A stretch of DNA of 64,000 nt from Haplodiscus bocki (Eukaryota): assembly GCA_965655095.1 (NCBI GenBank), contig OZ296648.1, positions 157,480,001 to 157,544,000 of the forward strand. The letters run 5' to 3'. A program made the translations under genes and the position numbers. Shown in pieces: positions 1 to 10,379 of this stretch (its first letter is position 1; each line of letters begins with the position of its first letter). The notes under the pieces were generated by a model. It had not been told where the DNA came from. It saw only the letters and a program-made list of their open reading frames with translations, and did not search any database.

Positions 1-2900
1 TTTCCCTGGTTTCCAGCTCCGTGCTCGCTTTCTTTACCATATGTAACCAATTTTTCCGAGAGTTTTCAGCTATATGGTATGTATTTAGTCAGCATTGGAA
101 GCAGTAGTGAGGCGGTGTTCTAGGAAGACCGGAGGATGAAGAAAATGTCAATTTTGCTCCAAGATTGCTGTAACACGGTTCTGGAGAATGTTTTCCTGTG
201 ATCTGTTATTATTAAATGTTTAGAAACCCCATAAGGTTTTTTGAACAGATTAATGGCAAAATCTACAACTTTTTCCTGCAGATTTTCATTTATTTTCCAT
301 AAACTTTTTCAGTTTTAGACTTATACGATGAGTATTTAAGTCGTGTCCATCCTGAAGATTTTTGGTCAACAAATTTTGAACTGTAACATTGTTCACCTTG
401 TAAAAGTTTTCTGAAAAGTCCGAGAATAGAAAATGTACAGTTCAGTTTATCTGCATCTTTCTCGCGCAAAAAGAAACTGAATAATCGGACTCGTTCGCCC
501 TGTCGTTTACCTCATTTTTGAATGCCGGCTGAGAACTGCATCAACGAAATGTTCGTTGTTGCACATATCTTTGTTCTACCAATCCTGGAAACGGTCTGTA
601 GTTTTTGCTATGTTCACTAATTCGTTCTATTTTTTTCTGGCACGTAAAACCAACCGAAAAACATTTCAACCGATTAGCAATCGAAAAAGAAAATTGTAGA
701 AGAGGATATAGAAAAATGAAGAAAGGGACGTTTCATAGCTTGGATCAAATTTTAATGGATTAAGAAGCAAGTTTCATGAAACTCTCAGACAGATCATGCA
801 ATTCCTGAGGAGAATTAAGTCCAAAACTTCAAAAATCAGCCAGATTCTGACTGATACCCTACCAAAAAATTTTTTCTCAACCAAAAGTTTTCTGGACTCA
901 AATTCTCAATTCTGAGGATTGAACTACATGCTAAAGTTTCGAGTCAGTAGGCCCATCATCAACCCAATCGGAGATCTTGCTTAAATCCTGTGGAAATTCG
1001 GAACAAATTTGGGGAAAATCCAAAAACTAGTTGAGCGAGTGGGATGTGCCTCATCAGTATCAGCTTCCCAACGGACTGGATCTGAGCTTGGCTACATGTT
1101 TAACGACGATATTCAAGTATTTTTCGCGTATTTTTGAGAAACAGCCGGAAAACAGCAAAAAGCACCGTATTTGTGTGTACCCGATTGCGCATGAGAATGC
1201 TGCTGCAACTACCGGCTGTTGTCCCTACTACCAAGATCTTTTGTTTTCAGACGAGTCGAAAATCCAACTTTGAAACTTTTCCAGTGAAACTATCAAAACG
1301 GACGTTCGAAAGTTCAAAGGCTCGGCAATGCTGCAACGTGTTGAACGGAACGCTATGAATGAGTGAGGAAAAACACAAATTGAGATTTCTGAAGACAGTG
1401 CTTCAAATCTTTGTTCCTAATATTAAAGCTTTTGCAAGTCAAATTCTCAGCAAAAACTTCAGTCCAGTCAGCTTGAATTTGAACAACACGACCAATTGAT
1501 CAACGAGGGACGCCAGAGTTTACGCGGCTTCGTTGAATACTGTTATTTTTTTTTCAAATTGTATTCGAAGAGGTTAAAATAACATTTTGAATTCATTTGC
1601 GTGAAGACATTTCTCTTCATATTTCCGGTTTGCCTCGTCAAAGTATTCTTTGAGACTGCAATTTTTGGGCATGATAATTGCAGGAAACTTTGCGCAAAAA
1701 TATCAAAATCTACCTTATGTACCACAATAGTGGCAAAGCGAGCAAGCAACAAGCAACATAGAAAAATGAGGAGTCATCTCTTAAACAATTCTAACTTTAA
1801 ACACTTTGGGTGACAAACATGGCAGACGAAATGGTGACTCACTTTGATTCAACGGGGTACTGGATTTGAGCAGAAGGGCTCACAGGTCTCACGCTTTGCT
1901 TCTTCATTCTTCCACGTAAAACAACTCCAACTACAATTATCACAAAAAAGTTCCTGGAAATTTAGAGGCTGGAAAGTAAAGATATCCCTGGAAAGTGAAA
2001 ATATGCGAAAATATGTTAGTAGAGTTCAGTTTTGTGAATTTGATATGAAGTTGAACGATATATCAGTTGATATCGTTGAACTGATGCAATTAATATCGAA
2101 TGGAGGTTTGTCTGCATCTACTGGTTAAAACTAGCATGGGAAGCTGGAATGCTTGCATTTGCAAGTGCCAAAAACCAATTGCGTAAGCTGTGAAAAAGTG
2201 GAAGATGATGACGTCAAACTTACGCAAGTTTCTTAGAAGAGTGGATGAAACTACTTCAAGTTGTAGCTTGTTCCTTCAGAAGTCGACGCGCCGGAGTGTG
2301 ACGAGAAACGTCAGAGAAGTGACGCAATCTTTTACAGGGTCAAGAACCAAGTCGCATTCCAATTGTTCCAAACCTCAAGCTTTTCAAAAATGTCTCTTTC
2401 CAGTTCAAAGCTCAGTTTTGATGATGTGAGACTAACGTTAAACTGTCAAATTCAAGCAAACATCTCTATTTGGGAAACAATACGTCTAAAGATAATGGCA
2501 CAGAACACTATGCGGAAATTCTTTATCCATATTGTTTAAATAGTTGAACTTGTCGCACTTTATGAACATTTTCGTTCGATAAAACAAGCAATTATCCATT
2601 ACATAGATGGCATTTTTGTTCCTCAAGTAATGTTCTGGCAAAACCAATTTTCTACATTCTCAAGGGCAAAAAGTAATGAAAGAGTTTACCTACTGAGAAT
2701 TGTGGGTAAATTGTTCTCAGAACCTATGGAACGTTTGATACGTCACGGGTAAAAATTGACCGCATAATTGAAAACTACCAACAAATTTGCCGCAAATTTG
2801 GTTGAAGTGTCTCTAGTATAAAGGCATTATTGCAAATCAAAACTGGCCACAAAGGTGGTTATCAACGGGAAAAATAACGGTGCCAACAGCGGTATATTGG
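1..2900 (-). mobile_element. Degenerate BEL/Pao LTR retrotransposon remnant (gag-protease-RT-RNase H, truncated by window start)
   Basis: Manual minus-strand translation gives QNRVTAILE near 160-185 (cf. Pao FVANRVxEILE), RKNFLVG near 860-880 (decayed NFYxDD), a KLAS(N)-like segment near 760-780, and FKQYG in a gag-like region near 2530. The order is colinear, with many stops and frameshifts. Confidence 0.45.
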
Positions 2901-4619
2901 ACTGAAAAAAAAACACAAATATTTTTCTGCCTGTGATAGACAACAGCTTAATTATAAAAACTTAGTCCACAGCAACCTGTTGGAGAACATAGAATCTCAA
3001 AGCATTTAATAAGAAAATAGTAATTCTAATTTTCTCATTGATAGTGTCTTGATGCTTAGTTGATATAGCTCCTGATTCATAATAATTTGCATTACAGATC
3101 ATTTATTTTTTTAACAAATTATCCATGCTGTAGGAATCTAACCTAATTTAAACTTACGGATGAATGGCGTTTATTTAATTAGCTCAATTTGTTGAGACAT
3201 GGCTCAGCCAGCCGATCTTTGAACCGAGGAAACACATCAGAGAGGGGGGGTGAGAGAGGAAGGACAAAGTCCAGATAGCGTACTTCGAGTATGTCCGACC
3301 GCGCGGAACAAAATCATTATAATCGAAGAGTTAGCTAGAACCGTTCTAACAAAATACCGAAGGATTATACAAAGTCGATACGGTGTTAACGGGTGTGGAA
3401 ATAACACTAAACAGAACTTGAAAAACAACAAAACTGAAATACGAACATGCGTATTTTGATTTTGGACACTGGGGCCGAACGCATAATATAAGATGACCGC
3501 AACAGAATTCGGTCACACAATTATCAACATAAACTTGAACTAACCTACTGTTTTTCAGCATAATTATTAGCCATGAAGATTTTGAGGCCTAAACAGTCAC
3601 CACCTGACATAGGTGGAAAACCGTGGAAGAAATTGTGCCAGGTATAAAAAAATCGCTATTTTAGAATTTTTTTCTCGAATTACCGAAATAAAACCCAGAA
3701 AACAAGCACCGTAAAGCTGGTGATGGATCGGAATAGACAACAATCTCATGATAAAAAACCTGGTAAAGAGTTTGCCCCAAAAGTTAAAATCAATACAAAG
3801 GCACATCACAGTGAAAACAGAAATGGAACGGTAAGTAAGACATACCAGCAACAAAAAATGTAATGTCTGCGGAAAAAGTTAAACTAGTAGTGCAAAGGCA
3901 AGTGCATGGAAAAACACGGCAGTTGCAACAAACTTGAAATGGAAGAACACCACTCAAAAAATACAGGATGAAGGAAAAAAACAAAACAGTTAAGAAAAAG
4001 AAGTAGTAGGAGACGAGTGGGGCCCATTCAATCGATTCATTCGCTACAATAAAAGTGGGAATTGAAAGAGTTGGTAAAAACTGCACGTAGAAATAAATCG
4101 TTAAGAAACTGAATTCGTAGTTGTTACCGCGTCACTCATCACAACATAAAGGAGAAGGTCAGTTACAACGCAAAACTTCAAAACGGTAACAAAATCAAAG
4201 AACAATTGACATGATATAGACAAATTAAATTCTGCAGGTTGGAAGACCATTATGAAGTTAAGTTCAGGAATGATGGAACACAATTTCGATTAGTTTCTTC
4301 CGGCCGCGAAAACTTGACGCCGCCACTAAATTTTTACATGTTTGACGCTTTCAAGTTCGAGCCACGGATCAGTCAGATTGCAGCCAAATAGACTGCCAGT
4401 CAGTCTATTGCTAGAAGGAAATTTAGAACAACTGCAAACAAATTGTTGTTTTATTTAGATTCAACAAAACATATGGGGCTCTGAAAGAAAAATTGCAATG
4501 ATTTTCGAGATGCAACTAGCTCAAAAGAAAACACGGATTTACCCAGCCAACTTGAAAAAAATTTTCTTCAGAAAGTCTCTACAAAACAAATGACATAATG
4601 AGAAGTTAGAAAAAAGTAA

Positions 4620-6900
4620 TGGAAGATAACTCGTCACTTGGGCTTTAATTGCAGTGAAAAAGTCGAAACAGTAAAGTTTTGATTGGACTGAATACAAAAA
4701 AACGTCAGTTGTATCACGGAACCACTACAAACGCCCAATACTGAAGATCTAGCGAGCAAATTTTTATGAGGAGTTTCGAAAATTGAAGAAAAGAAAAACC
4801 CTAGCAACACTTCTTGAACACTTATATAGACATATAGTATAGGATGAAAAAACAAGTAGACAATGGCTTCTCTAGTTAACTGATGGACGCTTAGACCATA
4901 TTATTCCTAAACAACTCGATCAATGCAACACGCAAAACAAAACAAAAGTTTTAGGCCGGACTGAAAAGTTTTTGAAAAAAGATTCAGATAAGCTGGAAAA
5001 AAGAAAAGGTCAGGATTGGTCAACTTATATCAAAAGAAGGCATTAATCCAATTTCGAAAAAAAACAGAAACAAAAGCAAAATTAAACCACCAACAAAAAA
5101 ACTAAAATGTTTTTTGGCTGATTTACTTCAATTTCGTAAAATTCAAATTTTTTCAGAAATCATAAACGAGCTACTATATTGATACAATATGGTTGATACA
5201 ATATTCAACTGATTAAGAACTTCTCGTAGAAAGGGATGTATGCTACACGGGATTGAACCGTGTGGCGTGAAGAATCCAAAGACTATGAACTAAAACCGAT
5301 ACAATTTCCGAGCAGAAAACTGAACAACACAGAAAGAAATGGTACGAAACTGGAGAATTATGAAGAACTGGGGCTCTTTGGGCATTGAAAAACTACAGTT
5401 TTTGTCCACATTTTGAAACTCTTCACAAATCATCAATCCTTACAGCCATTTCAATGGAAAACCTGTGGAAAAAACACGAAGCAGATCGTTAATGAGATGG
5501 CCGGATCAAATGCATTCTTTCAATAGAAAATTAAAGCGTTTTGTTGGGCAGTAGAAACTTTTTCGACTGAATGATTCAGTAGACAAACATAAGCGGATTT
5601 GGACATCTAGATACAATCTAGTGAAGATTACCTAACTAGTGCGCTGATACCCTTCTTTGAACGTGAGGAACGAACTAACAAGCTCACTTGGAATAAGTTT
5701 AGCATAAGTATTGACACGGCGCAAGCAACCTTGAACGGTATCGGCAAAAAGCGTCACTGAGAATTAGATTCAAGGTTACAAACGTATCAATAATTTACTT
5801 CACTAGACTCAGTCACTAAGTTCAAGCAAAAGGAAAAATAGAGTTGGCCTCAAAACTGGACAGCAGTAGCACTAGAGAGGAGTAGCGGAACCTATATTGG
5901 ACAATGTCGAACGAAGTTATTTTTCACGGATCACCATAAAACAAGTTGAGGAACAAATAAAAAACGAAGAGCCGATGAATCTTCCACCGATGAAAAGCGG
6001 GTACCAAAAGCATTTTTGGTTGCTGACAAAACATGATTTTAACGGTCGGAAAAAAGTGTTTGGATTAGACATTCAACAAATGGACCGGATGAGACGTCCC
6101 GGAAGAGAACAACAGAAACGACAACATAAACGGCACCAACCAGAATACATGTGGTCACAACACTGTGAAAAATTCTTGCAACTGGAGACTGGAACAGAAG
6201 TTATCGAAAATCGATGGAGCAAGAGGATTTGCCATGCATACTGGTGCAAAGATTCGGCATACAGAAAACAAAGTTAGAACAGCAAAGGTAACAAAAAGAC
6301 TTAATGGATTCCAAAGGGAGACAATTTTGAGGCCGGGTAATTTGACAGAAACGCCATTTCCCACTTCATGATGTGTTTGGTCACGCTGATGAAAGCATCA
6401 ACTTGAGCCAAGCAACTCATTGCAAATCGTGTCTGCCTCCAGATAGAGAAAGCACGCAGATATAAAAAAAACTAATACTACTTAAAAATGGATGTCAGCT
6501 CCGTTTTGCGGAACCATCATAGACGATGAAAATTGTTTCCGGCAGACATGCGAGAATGATTCTTACCAGGTTCACACTTCGGTAAATCCGGAAACACTAA
6601 GTTTTGTGATAAATAGAGAAAATTCATGGTGGCCGTGCACACAATGCGATCTTGTGGCAATTGAGAAGGGCACTTCCTGTGTAATTAGTGGTAAATATTC
6701 GAAAATTCATTTACATATTGCAGACAAACAAGAAAAACATTTGCACAACAGCCAGGGGAAGAGTGACAACTTGATTCCACGGGGAAGTTTTATGAAAGAA
6801 AAGGGGGGATTAACAAGGTTTTTCAACTACCTCGTTTCACCAAATAGCAAAATTTCCTTCAAACGTTGACTCCAGGATGATTTTCAAAATTTGTTGACAT
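4620..6900 (+). mobile_element. Degenerate Ty3/Gypsy pol remnant (RNase H best preserved)
   Basis: 5295-5540 reads IQFPSRKLNNTERN...LWALK/GIEK...KLFTNHQSLQP...SLMRWPDQM, matching the Gypsy RNase H pattern (FASRxLNxxExxY..ELE..W..E.F...LxTDHxxL...RLxRW). Flanks are AT-rich, coding-like and disrupted. Confidence 0.5.
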
Positions 6901-7673
6901 GTGTTTCAGTCTATGCATAAAACCAACAACAATGTGAACGGTTAAAACTTCTCCTTTTAGAAACAGGGAAACTAAAAGTTTCTGTAGAAAGTATGGCAAT
7001 AAAAAACTGGTCATTTACTTACTGTATAACCACTACATCCGGTTTTCTCGAAAGATCAATACGAAGCTAAAAGTTTTGCTAATGGCCACAATGCAAAACT
7101 GTTTATGTTTAATGGGAAGCGTAACCATGCGTTGTGGGTAATGGGACTTACTGCTCACCGGAGGAGGATGCTAACACCTTTTGAAGAGCTTTAAGGGAGA
7201 AAGCCGTCAAGAACAACCAATATTTTTCAACCCAAACTAACAAAACTTTCTTACTCGGATAAAGTTAGTGTTACCAAGAATCTGCAAAATTTCTAGTGTA
7301 CATCATGGACAACGGAAAACGAAAATTGAAACACTTCGCAAGAAGCTCACTGGAACGTTTACTCATGACAAAACCGTCAGATTCTGACTGCTCCACTCGT
7401 TTTTTGTGATCAAGTATTGAAACTGTCTGATACCACCAGCATTTTTTCCGCCCTCCAAATTTTTGAAATGCCTTTCCCAAAAAAGAAAGCGCTTTTTCTG
7501 GAAAGTACTGTTTGTCTTCATGTAAATATCGATTTTTCCAGATTAAAAATTTTTCTGATTTTTCACCAAAATATATTAATAAAAATGGCACTCGGAGAGC
7601 GCAGATCCCGCGAAAGCCCTTGATCTTTCCCTCGCCAAACAAACAAACAAACAGACGAACAAACAAAAAATTT

Positions 7674-7747
7674 TGTCCACACAGAGGTTCCAACTCTCGA
7701 CCCTCGCGTTTTTTGCACAATGCTCTTACCGACTGAGCTATAGGGCC
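7674..7747 (-). pseudogene. tRNA-like unit 1 (Ile(AAT)-type body; U33 lost; B-box damaged)
   Basis: Minus strand GGCCCTATAGCTCAGTCGGTAAGAGCATTGTGCAAAAAACGCGAGGGTCGAGAGTTGGAACCTCTGTGTGGACA; the T-loop has TTG instead of TTC. Confidence 0.75.
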
Positions 7748-7815
7748 GTACTCATCTGATTACTATTATGAGATTACTATTATCAGATTACTATTATCAG
7801 ATTAACAAAAAATTT

Positions 7816-7889
7816 TGTCCACACAGAGGTTCCAACTCTCGACCCTCGCGTTTTTTGCACAATGCTCTTACCGACTGAGCTATAGGGCC
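7816..7889 (-). pseudogene. tRNA-like unit 2 (identical to unit 1)
   Basis: Same sequence as 7674-7747, including loop CAAAAAA and the GTTGGAAC B-box lesion. Confidence 0.75.
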
Positions 7890-7957
7890 GTACTCATCTG
7901 ATTACTATTATGAGATTACTATTATCAGATTACTATTATCAGATTAACAAAAAATTT

Positions 7958-8031
7958 TGTCCACACAGAGGTTCGAACTCTGGACCCTCGCGTTTTTAGC
8001 ACGATGCTCTTACCGACTGAGCTATAGGGCC
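7958..8031 (-). tRNA. tRNA-like unit 3, Ile(AAT)-type body with anticodon AAA
   Basis: GGCCCTA-TA-GCTC-AGTCGGTAA-GAGC-A-TCGTG-CTAAAAA-CGCGA-GGGTC-CAGAG-TTCGAAC-CTCTG-TGTGGAC-A. D, anticodon and T stems pair; two acceptor-stem mismatches; A and B boxes intact; T6 downstream. Confidence 0.55.
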
Positions 8032-8236
8032 GTAATTATCTGATTACTCTTATCAGATTACTATTATCAGATGACTATTATTCTGGATCTGATTGAAATC
8101 TTGATCCAATCAGTATCTCCAGATAACTGTTATCAGGATCCAACAGGATATCCTGGATCGTAAACCAGTCGTTGATATACATTACCTCCTATTTTGAGAA
8201 ATCTTGCTAACAAACAAACAGACAAACAAAAAATTT

Positions 8237-8310
8237 TGCCCACACAGAGGTTCGAACTCTCGACCCTCGCGCTTTTAGCACAATGCTCTTACCGACTGAG
8301 CTATAGGGCC
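8237..8310 (-). tRNA. tRNA-like unit 4, anticodon AAA (loop CTAAAAG)
   Basis: A box TAGCTCAGTCGG and B box GTTCGAACC intact. One G-G mismatch in the T stem and two acceptor-stem mismatches. Confidence 0.4.
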
Positions 8311-8378
8311 GTACTCATCTGATTACTATTATGAGATTACTATTATCAGATTACTATTATCAGATTAACAAAAAATTT

Positions 8379-8452
8379 TGGCCACACAGAGGTTCGAACT
8401 CTGGACCCTCGCGTTTTTAGCACAATGCTCTTACCGACTGAGCTATAGGGCC
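8379..8452 (-). tRNA. tRNA-like unit 5, best-folding copy, anticodon AAA
   Basis: GGCCCTATAGCTCAGTCGGTAAGAGCATTGTGCTAAAAACGCGAGGGTCCAGAGTTCGAACCTCTGTGTGGCCA. Single C-T acceptor mismatch, perfect D and T stems, anticodon stem with two G-U pairs, discriminator A, then AAATTTTTT. Confidence 0.6.
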
Positions 8453-8520
8453 GTAATTATCTGATTACTATTATGAGATTACTATTATCAGATTACTATT
8501 ATCAGATTAACAAAAAATTT

Positions 8521-8594
8521 TGGCCACACAGAGGTTCGAACTCTGGACCCTCGCGTTTTTTGCACAATGCTCTTACCGACTGAGCTATAGGGCC
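8521..8594 (-). pseudogene. tRNA-like unit 6 (as unit 5 but U33 lost, loop CAAAAAA)
   Basis: A/B boxes and T stem intact; the anticodon loop lacks the invariant U33. Confidence 0.7.
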
Positions 8595-8799
8595 GTAATT
8601 ATCTGATTACTCTTATCAGATTACTATTATCAGATTACTATTATCCTGGATCTGATTGAAATCTTGATCCAATCAGTATCTCCAGATAACTGTTATCAGG
8701 ATCCAACAGGATATCCTGGATCGTAAACCAGTCGTTGATATACATTACCTCCTATTTTGAGAAATCTTGCTAACAAACAAACAGACAAACAAAAAATTT

Positions 8800-8873
8800 T
8801 GTCCACACAGAGGTTCGAACTCTCGACCCTCGCGTTTTTAGCACAATGCTCTTACCGACTGAGCTATAGGGCC
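8800..8873 (-). tRNA. tRNA-like unit 7, anticodon AAA
   Basis: A/B boxes intact and loop CTAAAAA. One T-stem mismatch and two acceptor-stem mismatches. Confidence 0.4.
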
Positions 8874-8940
8874 GTACTTATCTGATTACTATTATCAGAT
8901 TACTATTATCAGATTACTATTATCAGATTAACAAAATTTT

Positions 8941-9014
8941 TGGCCACACAGAGGTGCGAACACTCGACCCTCGCATTTTCAGCACATTGCTCTTGCCGAC
9001 TGAGCTATAGGGCC
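8941..9014 (-). pseudogene. tRNA-like unit 8, most diverged, anticodon GAA
   Basis: GGCCCTATAGCTCAGTCGGCAAGAGCAATGTGCTGAAAATGCGAGGGTCGAGTGTTCGCACCTCTGTGTGGCCA. T arm and B box damaged (TTCGCAC); downstream T-tract only T4. Confidence 0.7.
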
Positions 9015-9251
9015 GTACTCATCTGATAACTCTTATCAGATTACTATTATCAGATTATTATTATCCTGGATCTGATTGAAATCCTGTTCCAAAATCCGAC
9101 CAGTAGTTCATGAGAAACAGTTATCCGGATCTCAGATCCGGATTTCAATCCGGATCACGCCCAACTTTGAACTCGGTCTTCCTATGATCATTACCTCCCT
9201 ACTCACCAAATTTCATCAAAATCCGACCAGTCGTTTTTGAGAAATCCTGCT

Positions 9252-9286
9252 AACAAACAAACAAACAAACAGACAAACAGACACAC
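9252..9286. repeat. (CAAA/CAGA)n microsatellite of the HINE-like element; related tracts at 7636-7667, ~8209-8230 and ~8772-8793
   Basis: aacaaacaaacaaacaaacagacaaacagacacac read directly; GTTT/GTCT on the minus strand. Confidence 0.9.
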
Positions 9287-10379
9287 GAAGGTGATTGCAA
9301 TATCCCGCTTTTCGCGGGATAATAAAAGTGGAAAAGGCACTTAGAAGAATTCATATCGGTTGATGGCGTTTGTATGGTAAATTTGCCACTTTCTGGCGAT
9401 TAAAATTTTTCAAATTCAAAACCGGACGCGTGCAGCAAGTCTGACGTTGTCAATTAGCAAACACGTTAAGAAACGTTCGGTTTCAGTGTTTTGATTGAAG
9501 GATTTTGTTTCCATAATAAAAATGTGGGCTGATAATAGTAGTTTTTTGTTTATTTTGTACAGATATCAGCTACAGAAAAACTGGAAAGGAAAATACGAGG
9601 TTGATCGGATCAAAATTGTAGTAGCAAGATTTACAATAGGCTTTTTATGAGATTTTTGTTGTGCAGCAACCCTTCGAGCAACTCACAAAGGATTAAAGAT
9701 GAAAACCTTCATATTTTGGCAGGATTCCATATTCATTTGAACTTTTGAGTAATTAATTTATAGAATTTGTCTGTGCTGTAGAAAGTGAACTGTTTTGATC
9801 TAAAGATCAAATTATATTCTTCATCAGGTAACGTTTTTAAATTGATGGAGCGAAAAAATGCCACAAAATTAACGGCAGATTTGGTGGGGCAAAATAACAG
9901 TGATAAAACTAACCTTGGTAAATCATGGTGTCAAAACAACCAATGATTCACTCAAAGAAGAGGGGCAAAAAATTTCAGTCAGCGAACTAGCAACTATATT
10001 TGACATATCTGAGGTTCAGCATGCCAACTTTACTATTACATTTGTAAAAGCTTTTGTTTCCTTGTGAATTTTTTTCTCCGAAAAACTGAACAGTGTATGT
10101 TTTGAGGTTTCGTGCGGCGCGGGAATTCTATTGTCTTTTATTACTAGCGTTTTCTTTTTTCGAAGGACTTCTATTGAATTGAGAATGCTTTTATGTCGAC
10201 GTGTTGTTTTTGAGGCGTCGACTGAAACGAGAAAGCCCTTATGTCGATGTATGTTTTTCTGCTTTCTTTTGCTTTTTTGTTCTCACTTCATTCTTTTTTG
10301 CGCAAAGTTGGCGAGATCTACTACAAAAAACTTTCGGAAAACGCTCGAATCTCAGCGTAGATAACATATAGTGGGATGA

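Larger units (their letters stand above)
7660..9070. repeat. Tandem array: 142-bp monomer (74-nt tRNA-like unit + ~68-bp spacer of 14-bp subrepeats) in a 563-bp higher-order repeat
   Basis: tRNA-like units start at 7674, 7816, 7958, 8237, 8379, 8521, 8800 and 8941 (spacing 142,142,279,142,142,279,141). The long spacers 8032-8236 and 8595-8799 are nearly identical. Confidence 0.97.
7577..9327 (-). mobile_element. Non-autonomous Helentron-associated (HINE/DINE-1-like) rolling-circle element carrying a tRNA-like tandem array
   Basis: 11-bp subterminal inverted repeats ATCCCGCGAAA (7605-7615) and TTTCGCGGGAT (9310-9320). Terminal hairpin TATCCCGC-TTTTC-GCGGGATA (9301-9321). Short stem-loop GCGCTC-TCC-GAGTGC on the minus strand (7588-7602) just outside the other subTIR. 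(CAAA/CAGA)n microsatellite at 9252-9286. Central tandem repeats. Both ends abut TAATAAAA (T-rich on minus). No coding capacity. Confidence 0.8.

Noticed and set aside
3238-3560. Polypurine tract AGAGGGGGGG-TG as the start of a 3' LTR
   Set aside because: No matching second LTR or co-oriented internal domain could be found in the window.
7271-7736. ORFs of 149, 68 and 74 aa overlapping the left end of the element
   Set aside because: They translate microsatellite and tRNA-like sequence and show no protein motifs.
7674-9014. Ordinary cluster of functional tRNA-Phe genes, or eight independent SINE insertions
   Set aside because: The body is Ile(AAT)-like, every copy has at least one acceptor-stem mismatch, and four have U33 or B-box lesions. 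The units are in exact tandem register inside transposon termini and lack individual tails or TSDs.
7660-9070. CRISPR-like repeat-spacer appearance
   Set aside because: The spacers are copies of each other rather than unique, the repeat is a 74-nt tRNA-like unit, there are no cas genes, and the context is eukaryotic.
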